From Methanothermococcus sp. Ax23 (GTDB lineage: Archaea; AGJL01; Methanococci; Methanococcales; Methanococcaceae), in assembly GCF_049075655.1 (NCBI RefSeq), contig NZ_CP157522.1:704001-768000 (forward strand): a stretch of 64,000 nucleotides of DNA. The letters are read 5' to 3'. The position numbers were made by a program, and so were the translations under genes. Of the stretch, positions 32,975 to 42,907 are shown in pieces. Every line of letters begins with the position of its first letter. Position 1 is the first letter of the stretch. The notes beneath the pieces were generated by a model. It did no database searches, was not told where the DNA came from, and saw only the letters and a list, made by a program, of their open reading frames with translations.

Positions 32975-33628
32975 TTAAATCTTTTTGAGTAGTTCCTCTG
33001 GATATTTTGTTAAAGTATTTTCCAGCTCCTTATTACTCATTCCACATCCTAAACCAACCTTTTTTGCAAAGTCAATATCTATTAAATCAGAAGGTGCATG
33101 TGTGTCGGTATTTATCAGCGTAGGTATGTTATACTTCCTTGCAACATTTAAAACATGCCCATTTGTTAAAGAGTGCCCTCTTCTTGAAGTAATCTCTAAG
33201 AATATGCCATTTTCCTTAACATTTTGTGCAGTTTCATCATCTATTATTCCCGGATGTGCCAAAATATCCACATCTTCGGATATGGATGCGCAGTAATTGG
33301 TTCCTTCCTCAACAGGTTCCACAACCGTTTCTCCATGAACAACCACAATTTCAGCACCAATGTCTTTACATTTTTTAGCCATCTTTGGAATGGATTTTGC
33401 AGGAATATGTGTGAGCTCTATACCTACTATAAGTTGAATATCCCAGTAGTTTTTTAATTCTTCTTTTGCAAGAATGGTTTTTTCAATGAGCTCCTTATAG
33501 TTGCTCGCATCCCCATGGTCAGTAATTGCTATTGTCTTATGGTTCAAAACTTTTGCCCTTCTGACGAGCTCGGATGGTATCAATTCTCCGTCGCTAAAAA
33601 CTGTATGGGTATGAAAGTCGTATCTCAA
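32975..33628 (-). CDS. PHP-domain phosphoesterase (histidinol-phosphatase-like)
   Basis: DFHTHT..SDG, ITDH, VHGET, LAHPG, DTH. Confidence 0.85.
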   Translation of the reverse strand: MRYDFHTHTVFSDGELIPSELVRRAKVLNHKTIAITDHGDASNYKELIEKTILAKEELKNYWDIQLIVGIELTHIPAKSIPKMAKKCKDIGAEIVVVHGETVVEPVEEGTNYCASISEDVDILAHPGIIDDETAQNVKENGIFLEITSRRGHSLTNGHVLNVARKYNIPTLINTDTHAPSDLIDIDFAKKVGLGCGMSNKELENTLTKYPEELLKKI

Positions 33629-33787
33629 TGTATCACCAAAATATTTATAGGATAATAAGGATTGATAGAATTAACCAATAATTAATAAAAATATAAAAAT
33701 AAAAAGTCATATATACTATTTTTGATGATTAGAATGTAATTATTATTTTTTAACATGTAGATTACGATAAATTAATAGGTGAAGAAC

Positions 33788-34780
33788 ATGTATAAAATAT
33801 GCGTAATTGAAGGAGATGGAATAGGAAAAGAAGTAGTTCCAGCAACAGTTAATGTTTTAAAGGCAACAGGAATTGATTTTGAATTTGTTCATGCTGAGGC
33901 AGGAGATGAAGTCTTTGAAAAAACAGGAGTGGCTCTTCCAGAAGAAACTGTGGAAATAGCAAAGGAATGCGATGCTGTTTTATTCGGTGCAGCAGGGGAA
34001 ACTGCCGCTGATGTGATTGTTAAGTTGAGAAAAATATTAAATACCTATGCAAATGTTAGACCTGTTAAGGCATACAAGGGGATAAACTGCTTAAAGGACA
34101 ATATCGACTACATAATAGTTAGAGAAAACACAGAAGGTTTATACAAAGGTATAGAGGCAGAAGTGGCAGATGGCGTTTATACTGCAACAAGGGTAATCAC
34201 AAGAGATGCATGTGAAAAAATATTCAAATTTGCATTTGAAATGGCAAAGGATAGAAAAAAGCAGGGGAAAGAAGGAAAAGTTACATGCTCACACAAGGCA
34301 AATGTTTTGAAATTAACAGATGGAGTATTTAAAAGCGTATTCTATGAAGTTGCAAAGGACTATCCAGAGATAGAGGCAAACGACTTCTACATCGATGCTA
34401 TGAATATGTATGCAATTACAAGACCTGAAACCTTTGATGTTGTTGTTACCTCAAACTTATTTGGAGATATTTTATCAGATGGTGCCGCAGGAACAGTAGG
34501 AGGTCTTGGAATGGCTCCTTCCGCAAATATTGGTGATAAATACGGATTGTTCGAACCTGTTCATGGTTCAGCTCCAGACATTGCTGGAAAAGGTATAGCA
34601 AATCCAACAGCAACAATATTAACAGGAGTTTTAATGTTGAGATATTTTGGAGAAAACGATGCCGCGGATAGAGTAGAGAAGGCATTGGAAGAGGTTCTTG
34701 AAAACAAATTAACAACACCTGATTTGGGCGGAACATTGACAACATTTGAAATGGCAGAGGAGGTTGCTAAGAGGGTGTAA
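33788..34780 (+). CDS. leuB: 3-isopropylmalate/3-methylmalate dehydrogenase
   Basis: GDGIG, RENTEG, NLFGDILSD, EPVHGSAPDIAG; AAGETAADVIV segment typical of the methanococcal LeuB. Confidence 0.85.
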   Translation: MYKICVIEGDGIGKEVVPATVNVLKATGIDFEFVHAEAGDEVFEKTGVALPEETVEIAKECDAVLFGAAGETAADVIVKLRKILNTYANVRPVKAYKGINCLKDNIDYIIVRENTEGLYKGIEAEVADGVYTATRVITRDACEKIFKFAFEMAKDRKKQGKEGKVTCSHKANVLKLTDGVFKSVFYEVAKDYPEIEANDFYIDAMNMYAITRPETFDVVVTSNLFGDILSDGAAGTVGGLGMAPSANIGDKYGLFEPVHGSAPDIAGKGIANPTATILTGVLMLRYFGENDAADRVEKALEEVLENKLTTPDLGGTLTTFEMAEEVAKRV

Positions 34781-34858
34781 TATTATAATACAAAAATAAA
34801 AAATAAAATTAAATAGAAAGATTGATGTAAAACTAAAATGAATAGAATTGGTGATAAA

Positions 34859-35590
34859 ATGGACATGAATATTAACGAAATATTAAAAAAAGAACCTTTA
34901 TACAGTGGAAAGGCAAAATCCATATATGAAATAGATGATGATAAGGTTTTGATTGAATTCAGAGATGATATTACAGCAGGAAATGGGGAAAAGCACGATG
35001 TGAAAAAGGGAAAAGGCCACCTAAATGCCTTAATATCTTCAAAATTATTCAAACTTTTAAATGAAAATAATGTTCCTACACATTTCATAGAATACATTGA
35101 GCCAATCTACATGATTGCTAAAAATGTGGAAATCATACCAATTGAAGTTATAGTTAGAAATATTGCCGCAGGGAGCTTATGCAGAAGATACCCATTTGAA
35201 GAAGGTAAGGAGTTGGCTACTCCTATTGTGCAGTTTGATTATAAAAATGACGACTACGGAGACCCCATGTTAAACGATGACATAGCTCTTGCTTTAAACC
35301 TTGCAACAGAGGAAGAATTAAAAGAATTAAAAGAATTGGCATTAAAGGTAAATGAAACTCTAAAAAAATTCTTTGATGAAAAGGGCATAATCCTTGTAGA
35401 TTTCAAAATCGAGATTGGAAGAACAAAAGATGGAAAATTAGTAGTTGCAGATGAAATAAGCCCAGATACAATGAGATTATGGGACAAGGAAACGAAGGAT
35501 GTTCTTGATAAGGATGTTTATAGAAAGGACATGGGAGATGTTGTTGGAAAATACGAAGTTGTAGCAAAAAGAATAGGATGTATGGAATAA
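34859..35590 (+). CDS. purC: SAICAR synthetase
   Basis: GKAK, RNIAAGS, DFKIE, ADEISPD, LDKD. Confidence 0.96.
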   Translation: MDMNINEILKKEPLYSGKAKSIYEIDDDKVLIEFRDDITAGNGEKHDVKKGKGHLNALISSKLFKLLNENNVPTHFIEYIEPIYMIAKNVEIIPIEVIVRNIAAGSLCRRYPFEEGKELATPIVQFDYKNDDYGDPMLNDDIALALNLATEEELKELKELALKVNETLKKFFDEKGIILVDFKIEIGRTKDGKLVVADEISPDTMRLWDKETKDVLDKDVYRKDMGDVVGKYEVVAKRIGCME

Positions 35591-35604
35591 GGAGGTAATA
35601 TAAA

Positions 35605-35853
35605 ATGTATAAAGCAACAGTTGTAATTAAATTAAAAAAAGGAGTTTTAAACCCAGAAGGTAGAACAGTTTTGAGAGCTCTGAACTTCTTAGGATACGAT
35701 GAAGTAAAGGATGCAAAAACCTTCAAGTGTGTAGAGCTCATGGTTGAAGGGGATGATGAAAATAAGGTAATGGAAAGAGTGGAAGAAATGTGTAAAAAAT
35801 TATTGGCAAATCCTGTAATTCATGATTATGAAATTAAATTGGAAGAGATTTAA
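35605..35853 (+). CDS. purS: FGAM synthase subunit PurS
   Basis: VLNPEG, LLANPVI. Confidence 0.95.
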   Translation: MYKATVVIKLKKGVLNPEGRTVLRALNFLGYDEVKDAKTFKCVELMVEGDDENKVMERVEEMCKKLLANPVIHDYEIKLEEI

Positions 35854-36164
35854 TGAGCTCATTCTTTAGTAAATCTTAATTGCTGCTCATGAAATTTTTT
35901 AAAAAATTAAGTTTTTAATTTGATATTTGTATATTTTTTATATGATATAAAATTTCCAATATTTTTTTGACCATTTTTTAATCAAAAGACTTTATATTTT
36001 TAGGTTATCTATAGTGGAAAGATATGTAACATATATTTGAAATATTATATTGGGATGTATTAATTCAATATTAACTATTAGTAAGTAATAAATATGCTGG
36101 AAGATGAAAATGATGATAAATAATATTAAAAATTATATGACTTATAGCATTGAATCGTGAGAAC

Positions 36165-36770
36165 ATGACTACCCACATAATAAACATAGGATATAGTATA
36201 GAACATGCATATAAACCAATTGCTGAATTTGGAGCAAAAAAGGTTATTATTATATATGCAAAGGATAATGAAGAGTATCTTACTGAAAAAGACCACAAAA
36301 CAATAGATAATGCGGTTAAAAAGGCAGAGGATTTATGCAAAATGCTTGGTATTGAATGTGAAAAAGTGAAAGTAACTGGTATTGAATTTGAGAAGAATGT
36401 TGAAATATTTAGAGAGATTATAAAAAAAGAAGATGATAATATTATTGTAAATTTAACTGGCGGGAGAAAAGTAACTTCTTTTGCATTATTGTATGCTTCC
36501 CTCTATGAGTTTCAGAAAATCGATAAAATTGTTTATGTACATGATAAGAGAATATTGGAATTTCCAAAAATAACTCACCCCTACAATTTAACAAAATTTG
36601 AGAGGAATATATTGGCATCATTAAATGAAGGAGAAAAAACAATTACTGATTTAGCGAAGGAATTTAATGTATCTCTTCCTGCAATTATTAAATATATAAA
36701 TTCATTAGAAGAGAAAAAACTTATAAAAACATATAAAATGGGAAGAAAGAGGATTGTAAATATAATATAA
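36165..36770 (+). CDS. Csa3-like CARF-domain/winged-HTH transcriptional regulator
   Basis: N-terminal IGY, CARF motif VNLTGGRK, C-terminal ArsR/MarR-like wHTH (TITDLAKEFNVSLPAI...LEEKKLI...GRKR). Confidence 0.8.
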   Translation: MTTHIINIGYSIEHAYKPIAEFGAKKVIIIYAKDNEEYLTEKDHKTIDNAVKKAEDLCKMLGIECEKVKVTGIEFEKNVEIFREIIKKEDDNIIVNLTGGRKVTSFALLYASLYEFQKIDKIVYVHDKRILEFPKITHPYNLTKFERNILASLNEGEKTITDLAKEFNVSLPAIIKYINSLEEKKLIKTYKMGRKRIVNII

Positions 36771-36802
36771 TCACTAAAATCATTTTTTTAAATTCAAAAA
36801 AA

Positions 36803-36877
36803 GGGGCCGGGACCGGGAATCGAACCCGGGTCAGGGGATCCACAGTCCCCCAGGATAGCCACTACCCCACCCCGGCC
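36803..36877 (-). tRNA. tRNA-His(GTG)
   Basis: G-1 encoded; anticodon arm GGGGA-CTGTGGA-TCCCC; GTTCGATTC. Confidence 0.95.
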
Positions 36878-36949
36878 ACAATAAAAAAGCAATTAATGGT
36901 TGCAGTAGGGCATACTGTTATAAGTTCCATCCCTACCCCAAATAAATAG

Positions 36950-37034
36950 TGCAGGGGCAGGGATTTGAACCCTGGAACCACTATTGGACAGGATTCTAAG
37001 TCCTGCGTCTTTGGCCAGGCTCGACAACCCCTGC
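36950..37034 (-). tRNA. tRNA-Leu(TAG)
   Basis: CAGGA-CTTAGAA-TCCTG, long variable arm. Confidence 0.95.
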
Positions 37035-37048
37035 ATAGAGAATTAAAG

Positions 37049-37123
37049 TGCTCCAGCCGGGATTTGAACCCGAGTCGCGGGCTCGAAAGGCCCGCATGAT
37101 TGGCCGGACTACACCACTGGAGC
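37049..37123 (-). tRNA. tRNA-Glu(TTC)
   Basis: CGGGC-CTTTCGA-GCCCG. Confidence 0.95.
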
Positions 37124-37134
37124 ATTGCTATTTA

Positions 37135-37209
37135 TGGGACCGAAGGGATTTGAACCCTTGACCACTCGGTTATGAGCCGAGCGCTCCAACCAGGCTGAGC
37201 TACGGTCCC
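37135..37209 (-). tRNA. tRNA with CAT anticodon, most likely tRNA-Ile2 (agmatidine-modified)
   Basis: CTCGG-CTCATAA-CCGAG; GGG-start acceptor stem resembling archaeal Ile tRNAs rather than initiator or elongator Met. Confidence 0.85.
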
Positions 37210-37235
37210 ATAATATTTATAAGTTCATAAAAAAA

Positions 37236-37311
37236 TGGCGCCCCCAGCAGGACTCGAACCTGCGACCTACGGATTAACAGTCCGTCGCTCTACCTACTAA
37301 GCTATGGGGGC
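37236..37311 (-). tRNA. tRNA-Asn(GTT), CCA encoded
   Basis: ACGGA-CTGTTAA-TCCGT; ends GCCA. Confidence 0.95.
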
Positions 37312-37351
37312 TCTTGCAATTTATCTTATTTGCACAATAACAATTTAGCTT

Positions 37352-37388
37352 CTACTATATAAACTTTTCGGCGAAAAGTATATATATG
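37352..37388. promoter_or_regulatory. Back-to-back BRE-TATA promoters for the five-tRNA operon (minus) and tRNA-Phe (plus)
   Basis: minus CCGAAAAGTTTATATAG and plus GCGAAAAGTATATATA. Confidence 0.75.
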
Positions 37389-37429
37389 ATGAATACATTG
37401 TTTAGTTTGGAATTGTAAGCAATGTAATT

Positions 37430-37503
37430 GCCGTGGTAGTTCAGCCTGGGAGAACGCTGGACTGAAGATCCAGTTGTCGGGTGTTCAAATCACCCCCACG
37501 GCA
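37430..37503 (+). tRNA. tRNA-Phe(GAA)
   Basis: CTGGA-CTGAAGA-TCCAG; acceptor GCCGTGG/CCACGGC. Confidence 0.95.
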
Positions 37504-37589
37504 TATTTTTTTAGAGATATTAATTTATAGATTTAAATATTATATAAACAATGGAATTTTATAAATAATTCACTAAATCGGTGTTTATA

Positions 37590-38615
37590 ATGTTCTCAAT
37601 ACCTCATCCTGGAAACTTTGAAAGCTTGGTTGCCATTATAAATGAAATAAAAAAATACAGAAAAAATAGTAAAAATAGTAAAAATGGCAAAAAGAATCTA
37701 ACATTTAAAAAAGATAAATTTGAAGTGTATTTGGGATATGCCGATTTTATAGGCACTGGGAGGGCCACATTATACAGACCGGCTATTGACGATATTAAGA
37801 GACAGGTAGAATATGCCCATAAGAATAAAGTAAGGTTTGAGATTGCCATAAACTCCGCATGTATGGGAGCTCTACATTTAACCCCAAAGGGAATCGACTA
37901 TATAAAAAATTTATTTAATATATTTGCAGATATTAATATAGACAGTATAACCCTTGCAGACCCATATTTGATTGATTTAGCAAATGACTGCGGTTTAAAG
38001 GTAAATGTATCCTGTATATCCTTGGTTGATAGTCCCCAAAAGGCAGAGTTCTATGACAGCAAAGAGGTTTATGCCATCACCCTTGATAGCTCAATAAATC
38101 GGCATTTTGATATCATTGAAAACATAAGGGATTCTGTATCCTGTAAATTGAAGATTCTTGTTAATGAGGCATGTTTATACAAATGTCCTATGAGAGCTCA
38201 GCACTTCAATTTCTTTTCCCATGCAAATATGCAGAATATTCCTGTTTTAGATGATTACTACTACAACAGATGTATAAATATGAGAGTTAGGGATAAGGAA
38301 TTGATAATAAAAAGCCCATTTATCAGACCGGAGGATTTAAAGGAATACGATAAACTGGTGGATATTTATAAATTATCTGGGAGAAGCCATCCAATTGGCT
38401 GGATAAAAAGGGTTTTAAATGCTTATTTAAATAGAAACTATGATGGAAATCTTATGGAAATTCTCGATTGTCCAAGGGAGCTCGAAAGTCATTACTATAT
38501 TGATAACAAATTATTGGGCGGGGCAATTGAAAAATGGAAAACCTGCGATAAATTCTGCAATAAATGTAACTACTGTAAAAATTTAGCGGAAAATGTAATT
38601 GCGGTGAAAAAATGA
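37590..38615 (+). CDS. Peptidase U32 family Fe-S protein (RNA-hydroxylation-type family)
   Basis: AINSAC, LADPYLI, VNEACLYKCP, FIRPEDL, YKLSGR, C-terminal Cys cluster. Confidence 0.8.
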   Translation: MFSIPHPGNFESLVAIINEIKKYRKNSKNSKNGKKNLTFKKDKFEVYLGYADFIGTGRATLYRPAIDDIKRQVEYAHKNKVRFEIAINSACMGALHLTPKGIDYIKNLFNIFADINIDSITLADPYLIDLANDCGLKVNVSCISLVDSPQKAEFYDSKEVYAITLDSSINRHFDIIENIRDSVSCKLKILVNEACLYKCPMRAQHFNFFSHANMQNIPVLDDYYYNRCINMRVRDKELIIKSPFIRPEDLKEYDKLVDIYKLSGRSHPIGWIKRVLNAYLNRNYDGNLMEILDCPRELESHYYIDNKLLGGAIEKWKTCDKFCNKCNYCKNLAENVIAVKK

Positions 38616-39046
38616 GTAATTGTAATGATAATAATGATAATAGTATCAATACTGCCAACGGTAAAACCATTAAAGAACTTATAAAAAAGGATAGACGAGA
38701 TTTTGAGGAATTTTTATCAAAATCTTTTGGAAAAAATGTTTTCGTTCCTGAAATGGATGTTTTTTCATCAAAATGCGGATGCTATGGAATAATGATAATG
38801 GTAAGAGGGGTCTTAATCGATGAAGCGGATGTTTTTAAAAATAGGATTATAAAAAAACTTGAAGAGATATCGAATAATTATGGAATAAACGCCAATTGGA
38901 TATTTATAAGAATTATACCGTCAAGTGAGGATGTAATATCCTTTGGAATAAGGGAGCTCTGCAACATGTGTAGGGAAGAATACAATTCAAATAAACCAAG
39001 ACCTGATTTAATTACATTAAAATTAGCGATAGATGATAATAAATGA
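38612..39046 (+). CDS. Hypothetical protein (CGC and CxxC motifs)
   Basis: ATGA overlap with U32 gene; no family recognised with confidence. Confidence 0.65.
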   Translation: MSNCNDNNDNSINTANGKTIKELIKKDRRDFEEFLSKSFGKNVFVPEMDVFSSKCGCYGIMIMVRGVLIDEADVFKNRIIKKLEEISNNYGINANWIFIRIIPSSEDVISFGIRELCNMCREEYNSNKPRPDLITLKLAIDDNK

Positions 39047-39181
39047 ATAGACAATAAAAATAATAATAAGAAATCAGATTAACAGATAAACAATGGATAA
39101 TGGATGAAATAATAAGAATAAAAGATAATAAATATAATAAAAAAATAATACGGACATAGGAAGGTAATTTTTGGTGATAGA

Positions 39182-40021
39182 ATGGTTAGAAAATTTTGCG
39201 TCTATGGAAAAGGGGGAATTGGAAAATCCACAAATGTATCAAACATAGCTGCGGCACTTGCCGAATCTGGTAAAAAAGTAATGGTCATAGGATGCGACCC
39301 AAAAGCAGATTCAACCAGAAACTTAATGGGAAGGAAAATTCCAACTGTTTTGGATGTTTTCAGAAAAAAAGGAGCAGATATAAAACTTGAAGATATAGTT
39401 TTTGAAGGATTTAGTGGAACCTACTGCATTGAAAGTGGAGGACCTGAACCAGGTGTGGGATGTGCAGGAAGAGGAGTAATTACGGCAATAGATATGCTGA
39501 ATAAATTGGGAGCATTTGAAACTTTAAATCCCGATGTAATTATTTACGATATATTGGGGGATGTTGTATGCGGTGGATTTGCCATGCCACTACAAAAACA
39601 CCTTGCAGATGATGTTTATATTATTACAACATGCGACCCCATGGCAATTTATGCGGCAAATAATATCTGCAAAGGGATAAGAAGGTATGCAAATAGAGGA
39701 AAAGTGGCACTGGGGGGAATTGTATATAATGGAAGAAGTGTAATAGACGAGCCATCCATTGTGGAGGAGTTTGCTTCAAAAATTGGAACAAATATTATGG
39801 GGAAGGTTCCAATGAGCAATATCATTACAAAGGCGGAAATTTACAAAAAAACTGTAATAGAATATGCACCAGATAGCGAGGTTGCAGATGTTTTTAGAGA
39901 GCTCGCAGATACAATTTATAAAAATGATAAGAAAGTTATTCCAAATCCTTTATCTGAGGAAGGAATCGATGAGATTACTGAGAGAATAGATGATTTGTTA
40001 AAAGAGAAAATAGACGAATAG
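39182..40021 (+). CDS. cfbC: NifH-like reductase NflH/CfbC (Ni-sirohydrochlorin diamide reductive cyclase, ATPase component)
   Basis: [41 protein letters not shown]; [20 protein letters not shown] typical of the methanococcal NflH; no nifDK nearby. Confidence 0.8.
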   Translation: MVRKFCVYGKGGIGKSTNVSNIAAALAESGKKVMVIGCDPKADSTRNLMGRKIPTVLDVFRKKGADIKLEDIVFEGFSGTYCIESGGPEPGVGCAGRGVITAIDMLNKLGAFETLNPDVIIYDILGDVVCGGFAMPLQKHLADDVYIITTCDPMAIYAANNICKGIRRYANRGKVALGGIVYNGRSVIDEPSIVEEFASKIGTNIMGKVPMSNIITKAEIYKKTVIEYAPDSEVADVFRELADTIYKNDKKVIPNPLSEEGIDEITERIDDLLKEKIDE

Positions 40022-40241
40022 TTGCAGCATTTGATTTTTTCTATTTTTATAACCTACTTCCCATTTAGTTTTTGCTTACGAAGTAAGCAAGCAACAAAAA
40101 CCGAAGGTTTTTGTCTAATGGTTTTATGGGTGGCACTTATCATATTGATAAAAGTATTTATAATATTATTAAAGAAAATTTACAATTAATTATATAATAA
40201 GTTATAGTATTATAAAATAATAAATAAATTTAAATCGTGAT

Positions 40242-41387
40242 ATGATGTTAAAAACTGAAAATTTAACTGTTGGATATAAAAATTATGTCGTGGTTGAAAA
40301 TGTAAATTTACATATAAAGGAAAGGGAGATATTATGTATCATAGGTCCAAATGGTGCAGGTAAATCCACACTTTTAAAAACCATAGCAACATATTTGAGA
40401 CCTAAAAAGGGAGTGGTTTATTTAAATGGTCAAAATATACATGATTTAACGCCAAAAAAACTTGCAAAGGAAATGGCAGTTGTATTAACTGAAAGAGTAA
40501 ATCCCGGCAATATGACTGGATTTGACATTGTAGCTATTGGAAGGCATCCTTATACAGATTTATTTGGGAGATTAACTGAAAAGGATAAAGAGATAATCAC
40601 ACATGCTGCAAAATCCGTAAATGCTGAGTATCTATTAAATAAAAACTTTTTTGAAATGAGTGATGGAGAACGACAGAAGATAATGATAGCAAGAGCTCTT
40701 GCTCAGGAACCTAATGTTCTCATACTGGATGAACCAACAAGTTTTTTAGATGCAAAACATAAAATTGAACTGACCCTTTTACTGAGAAAACTTGCAACAG
40801 AGAATAATTTAGCAATAATAGTAACACTTCATGATATAGAGCTCGCTTTAAGAATAGCCGATAAGATGGCATTGATAAAAAACCATAGGGTCATAGCATA
40901 CGGGCATCCAGAAGATGTTATGAAAAAAGAAATCGTAAATAATCTTTATGATTTGGACAATGCAAATTACAACGAAATAATAGGTTATTTTGAACTAAAA
41001 AATATAAATTCTGGATTTGAGCATCATAGTAAGATTTTTTTAGTTTGCGGTGCAGGAACTGGGGTTGATGTGTTAAGGTTTCTTACTAAAAACGGGTATA
41101 ATGTGGTTGTTGGAATATTGCATAAAAATGATATAGATTATATTGTGGCAAAAACTATGGAATTGGATATAATATGTGAAGAACCTTATGAACCTATATC
41201 AAATGAAAAATTTGAAAAGGCATTACATGAGCTCCGGGCATCTGATTTAGTTATATATACAGATTTTCCAGTGGGACAAACTAATATCTTAAATAAAAAA
41301 CTTGTTGAACATGCAATTAATGCCAATAAAAATGTTATAAAGTATGATGGGAATATTAAGTCATTAAAAGAAATGATAGGATACTAG
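40242..41387 (+). CDS. ABC transporter ATPase (FecE/BtuD-like iron/corrinoid type) with C-terminal extension
   Basis: GPNGAGKST, MSDGERQK, LDEPT, LHD. Confidence 0.92.
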   Translation: MMLKTENLTVGYKNYVVVENVNLHIKEREILCIIGPNGAGKSTLLKTIATYLRPKKGVVYLNGQNIHDLTPKKLAKEMAVVLTERVNPGNMTGFDIVAIGRHPYTDLFGRLTEKDKEIITHAAKSVNAEYLLNKNFFEMSDGERQKIMIARALAQEPNVLILDEPTSFLDAKHKIELTLLLRKLATENNLAIIVTLHDIELALRIADKMALIKNHRVIAYGHPEDVMKKEIVNNLYDLDNANYNEIIGYFELKNINSGFEHHSKIFLVCGAGTGVDVLRFLTKNGYNVVVGILHKNDIDYIVAKTMELDIICEEPYEPISNEKFEKALHELRASDLVIYTDFPVGQTNILNKKLVEHAINANKNVIKYDGNIKSLKEMIGY

Positions 41388-41696
41388 GGGTCTGTCCAAT
41401 GTGAGCGTTGGTGAGTAAATGCCCACATTGGACTTGGGCGTCATCAACCTCATATCCCTCTGGGTTCATTGGGAGCATGTCATCGGTCTCCTCCCCTGTC
41501 GTGGGGACCCAGCTCCACCCATCAATTCGACAATTTGTTGGATGTTTTAACATGTTTAAAAGAGGTTTAGGAAAGTCTTGGGGTTGATTAGATTGGCACT
41601 GTAAACTATGCATGAAAATACTATATAAACATTTCGAAAACTAAATGCTCCCATACACTCACAAATACTCACAAAAAACTAAACAGTTTTAAACGG
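41387..41696 (-). mobile_element. Non-autonomous IS607-like element retaining tnpB C-terminal/omega-RNA segment
   Basis: GC-rich segment whose minus frame reads WVPTTGE...LPMNPEG (tnpB-tail-like); 10-bp-period ACTCACAAA repeats at 41657/41667 and inverted GTGAG repeats at 41401/41411; GG at both junctions; no transposase. Confidence 0.6.
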
Positions 41697-41726
41697 CCAA
41701 AATTTTTTAACTGTTTTTATATGTAT

Positions 41727-42857
41727 TTATTGTATTTTTATCTTTTTTTCACCTTTATAGACTAAATATATTACCAATAATCCACCCACTACATCAAGGA
41801 TGGAGCCTATTGGTAAAACCTGGGCTGGACGATTTAATCCATATATATAAAAGATAGGAACCCAGTATTTTAATGAAATAATATGGCATACAAGCATTAA
41901 CGCCACTCCAACAAGCATGGTTGTAGGAAGTAACCACCTATGGTCTGAGGTTCTTATAATGGGTCTTGCTAAATAGGGGGCGGCAATTCCTACAAATGCT
42001 ATCAATCCAACATATGGAATTATAACTCCCACAATAAATGATGTTAATAGTAATGTTAATATCCTGATTTTTTTTACATTTAATCCAAAACTCTTTGCAT
42101 AGGTTTCTCCAAATAACAAGGCATTTAAAGGCTTTATTAGAAAAATACATCCTATTATAAATAATATTGTGCATAGAGCCATTGGAGGGATGTAATTTAA
42201 ATGAATTCTCGTTACATTTCCAATAATAAAATTAAAATAATCCTGAATGGATATGTCTGTTCCATTTGCTATTAAATATGCCCTTATTCCCCCAAATAAA
42301 TAACTCATCAATAGGGCAACAATTAAAACTCCATTTACTTCTTTAATTCTAAGGGCTATAATTATAAGCATAATTATCGACAGTAATCCACCGCACCATC
42401 CTGCTAACATGGTGGCATTTATTCCAAAAGTTGAGAATAATTCTGCAAAACTATCTATAAAGATTACAAGCACAACGGCAAATAATACACCACTGGATAT
42501 ACCTGTTGTATAGGGCGATGCAAGAAGGTTTCTAAACAATGTTTGCAACATTAAACCACAGGCTGATAACGTTAATCCCACAAGAATTGCTCCGATAATT
42601 GGCGGAAGACGAACTTCTTTCAATAACATATATTTAAATTTAGTGTTTTCATCCAATGGAGTTTGGGGAAAAATATGATTTCCAGTTATTTTATAATATA
42701 TGGAATCCACCGTAATTTTTGTTTGATGGATAACAAAATTTGTAGTATCTTCTAAGGTGATTGATTTGGCATTTCCACCAAAATATATTCCTGCAATAGT
42801 TAATCCAATTACTAAACCAATTAAAACCAAAATTATAATATATCGATAATTCATCAT
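41727..42857 (-). CDS. FecCD/BtuC-type ABC permease
   Basis: RLP, FRNLLASPY..GISSG, GE.YAKSFG, IAFVG, LPIG. Confidence 0.92.
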   Translation of the reverse strand: MMNYRYIIILVLIGLVIGLTIAGIYFGGNAKSITLEDTTNFVIHQTKITVDSIYYKITGNHIFPQTPLDENTKFKYMLLKEVRLPPIIGAILVGLTLSACGLMLQTLFRNLLASPYTTGISSGVLFAVVLVIFIDSFAELFSTFGINATMLAGWCGGLLSIIMLIIIALRIKEVNGVLIVALLMSYLFGGIRAYLIANGTDISIQDYFNFIIGNVTRIHLNYIPPMALCTILFIIGCIFLIKPLNALLFGETYAKSFGLNVKKIRILTLLLTSFIVGVIIPYVGLIAFVGIAAPYLARPIIRTSDHRWLLPTTMLVGVALMLVCHIISLKYWVPIFYIYGLNRPAQVLPIGSILDVVGGLLVIYLVYKGEKKIKIQ

Positions 42858-42907
42858 ATCCCACTTATTTTTTAAATTTTAATTTTATGTAAAATTTTAT
42901 TTTTATA

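Noticed and set aside
35860-37580. CRISPR array near the Csa3-like gene
   Set aside because: No regularly spaced 25-40 bp repeats here or elsewhere in the window; the GC-rich blocks are tRNAs
37662-37692. AAAAATAGT tandem repeat in the U32 gene as a phase-variation site
   Set aside because: 9-bp unit keeps the frame and has only about three copies; likely a slippage-derived loop insertion
39182-40021. Nitrogenase iron protein nifH / nitrogen fixation locus
   Set aside because: No nifD/K/E/N or nifI adjacent; sequence matches the NflH/CfbC type used in F430 synthesis
41356-41613. 85-aa ORF as a functional protein
   Set aside because: Lies within the mini-element, overlaps the ATPase 3-prime end antisense, and is best explained as a tnpB tail remnant
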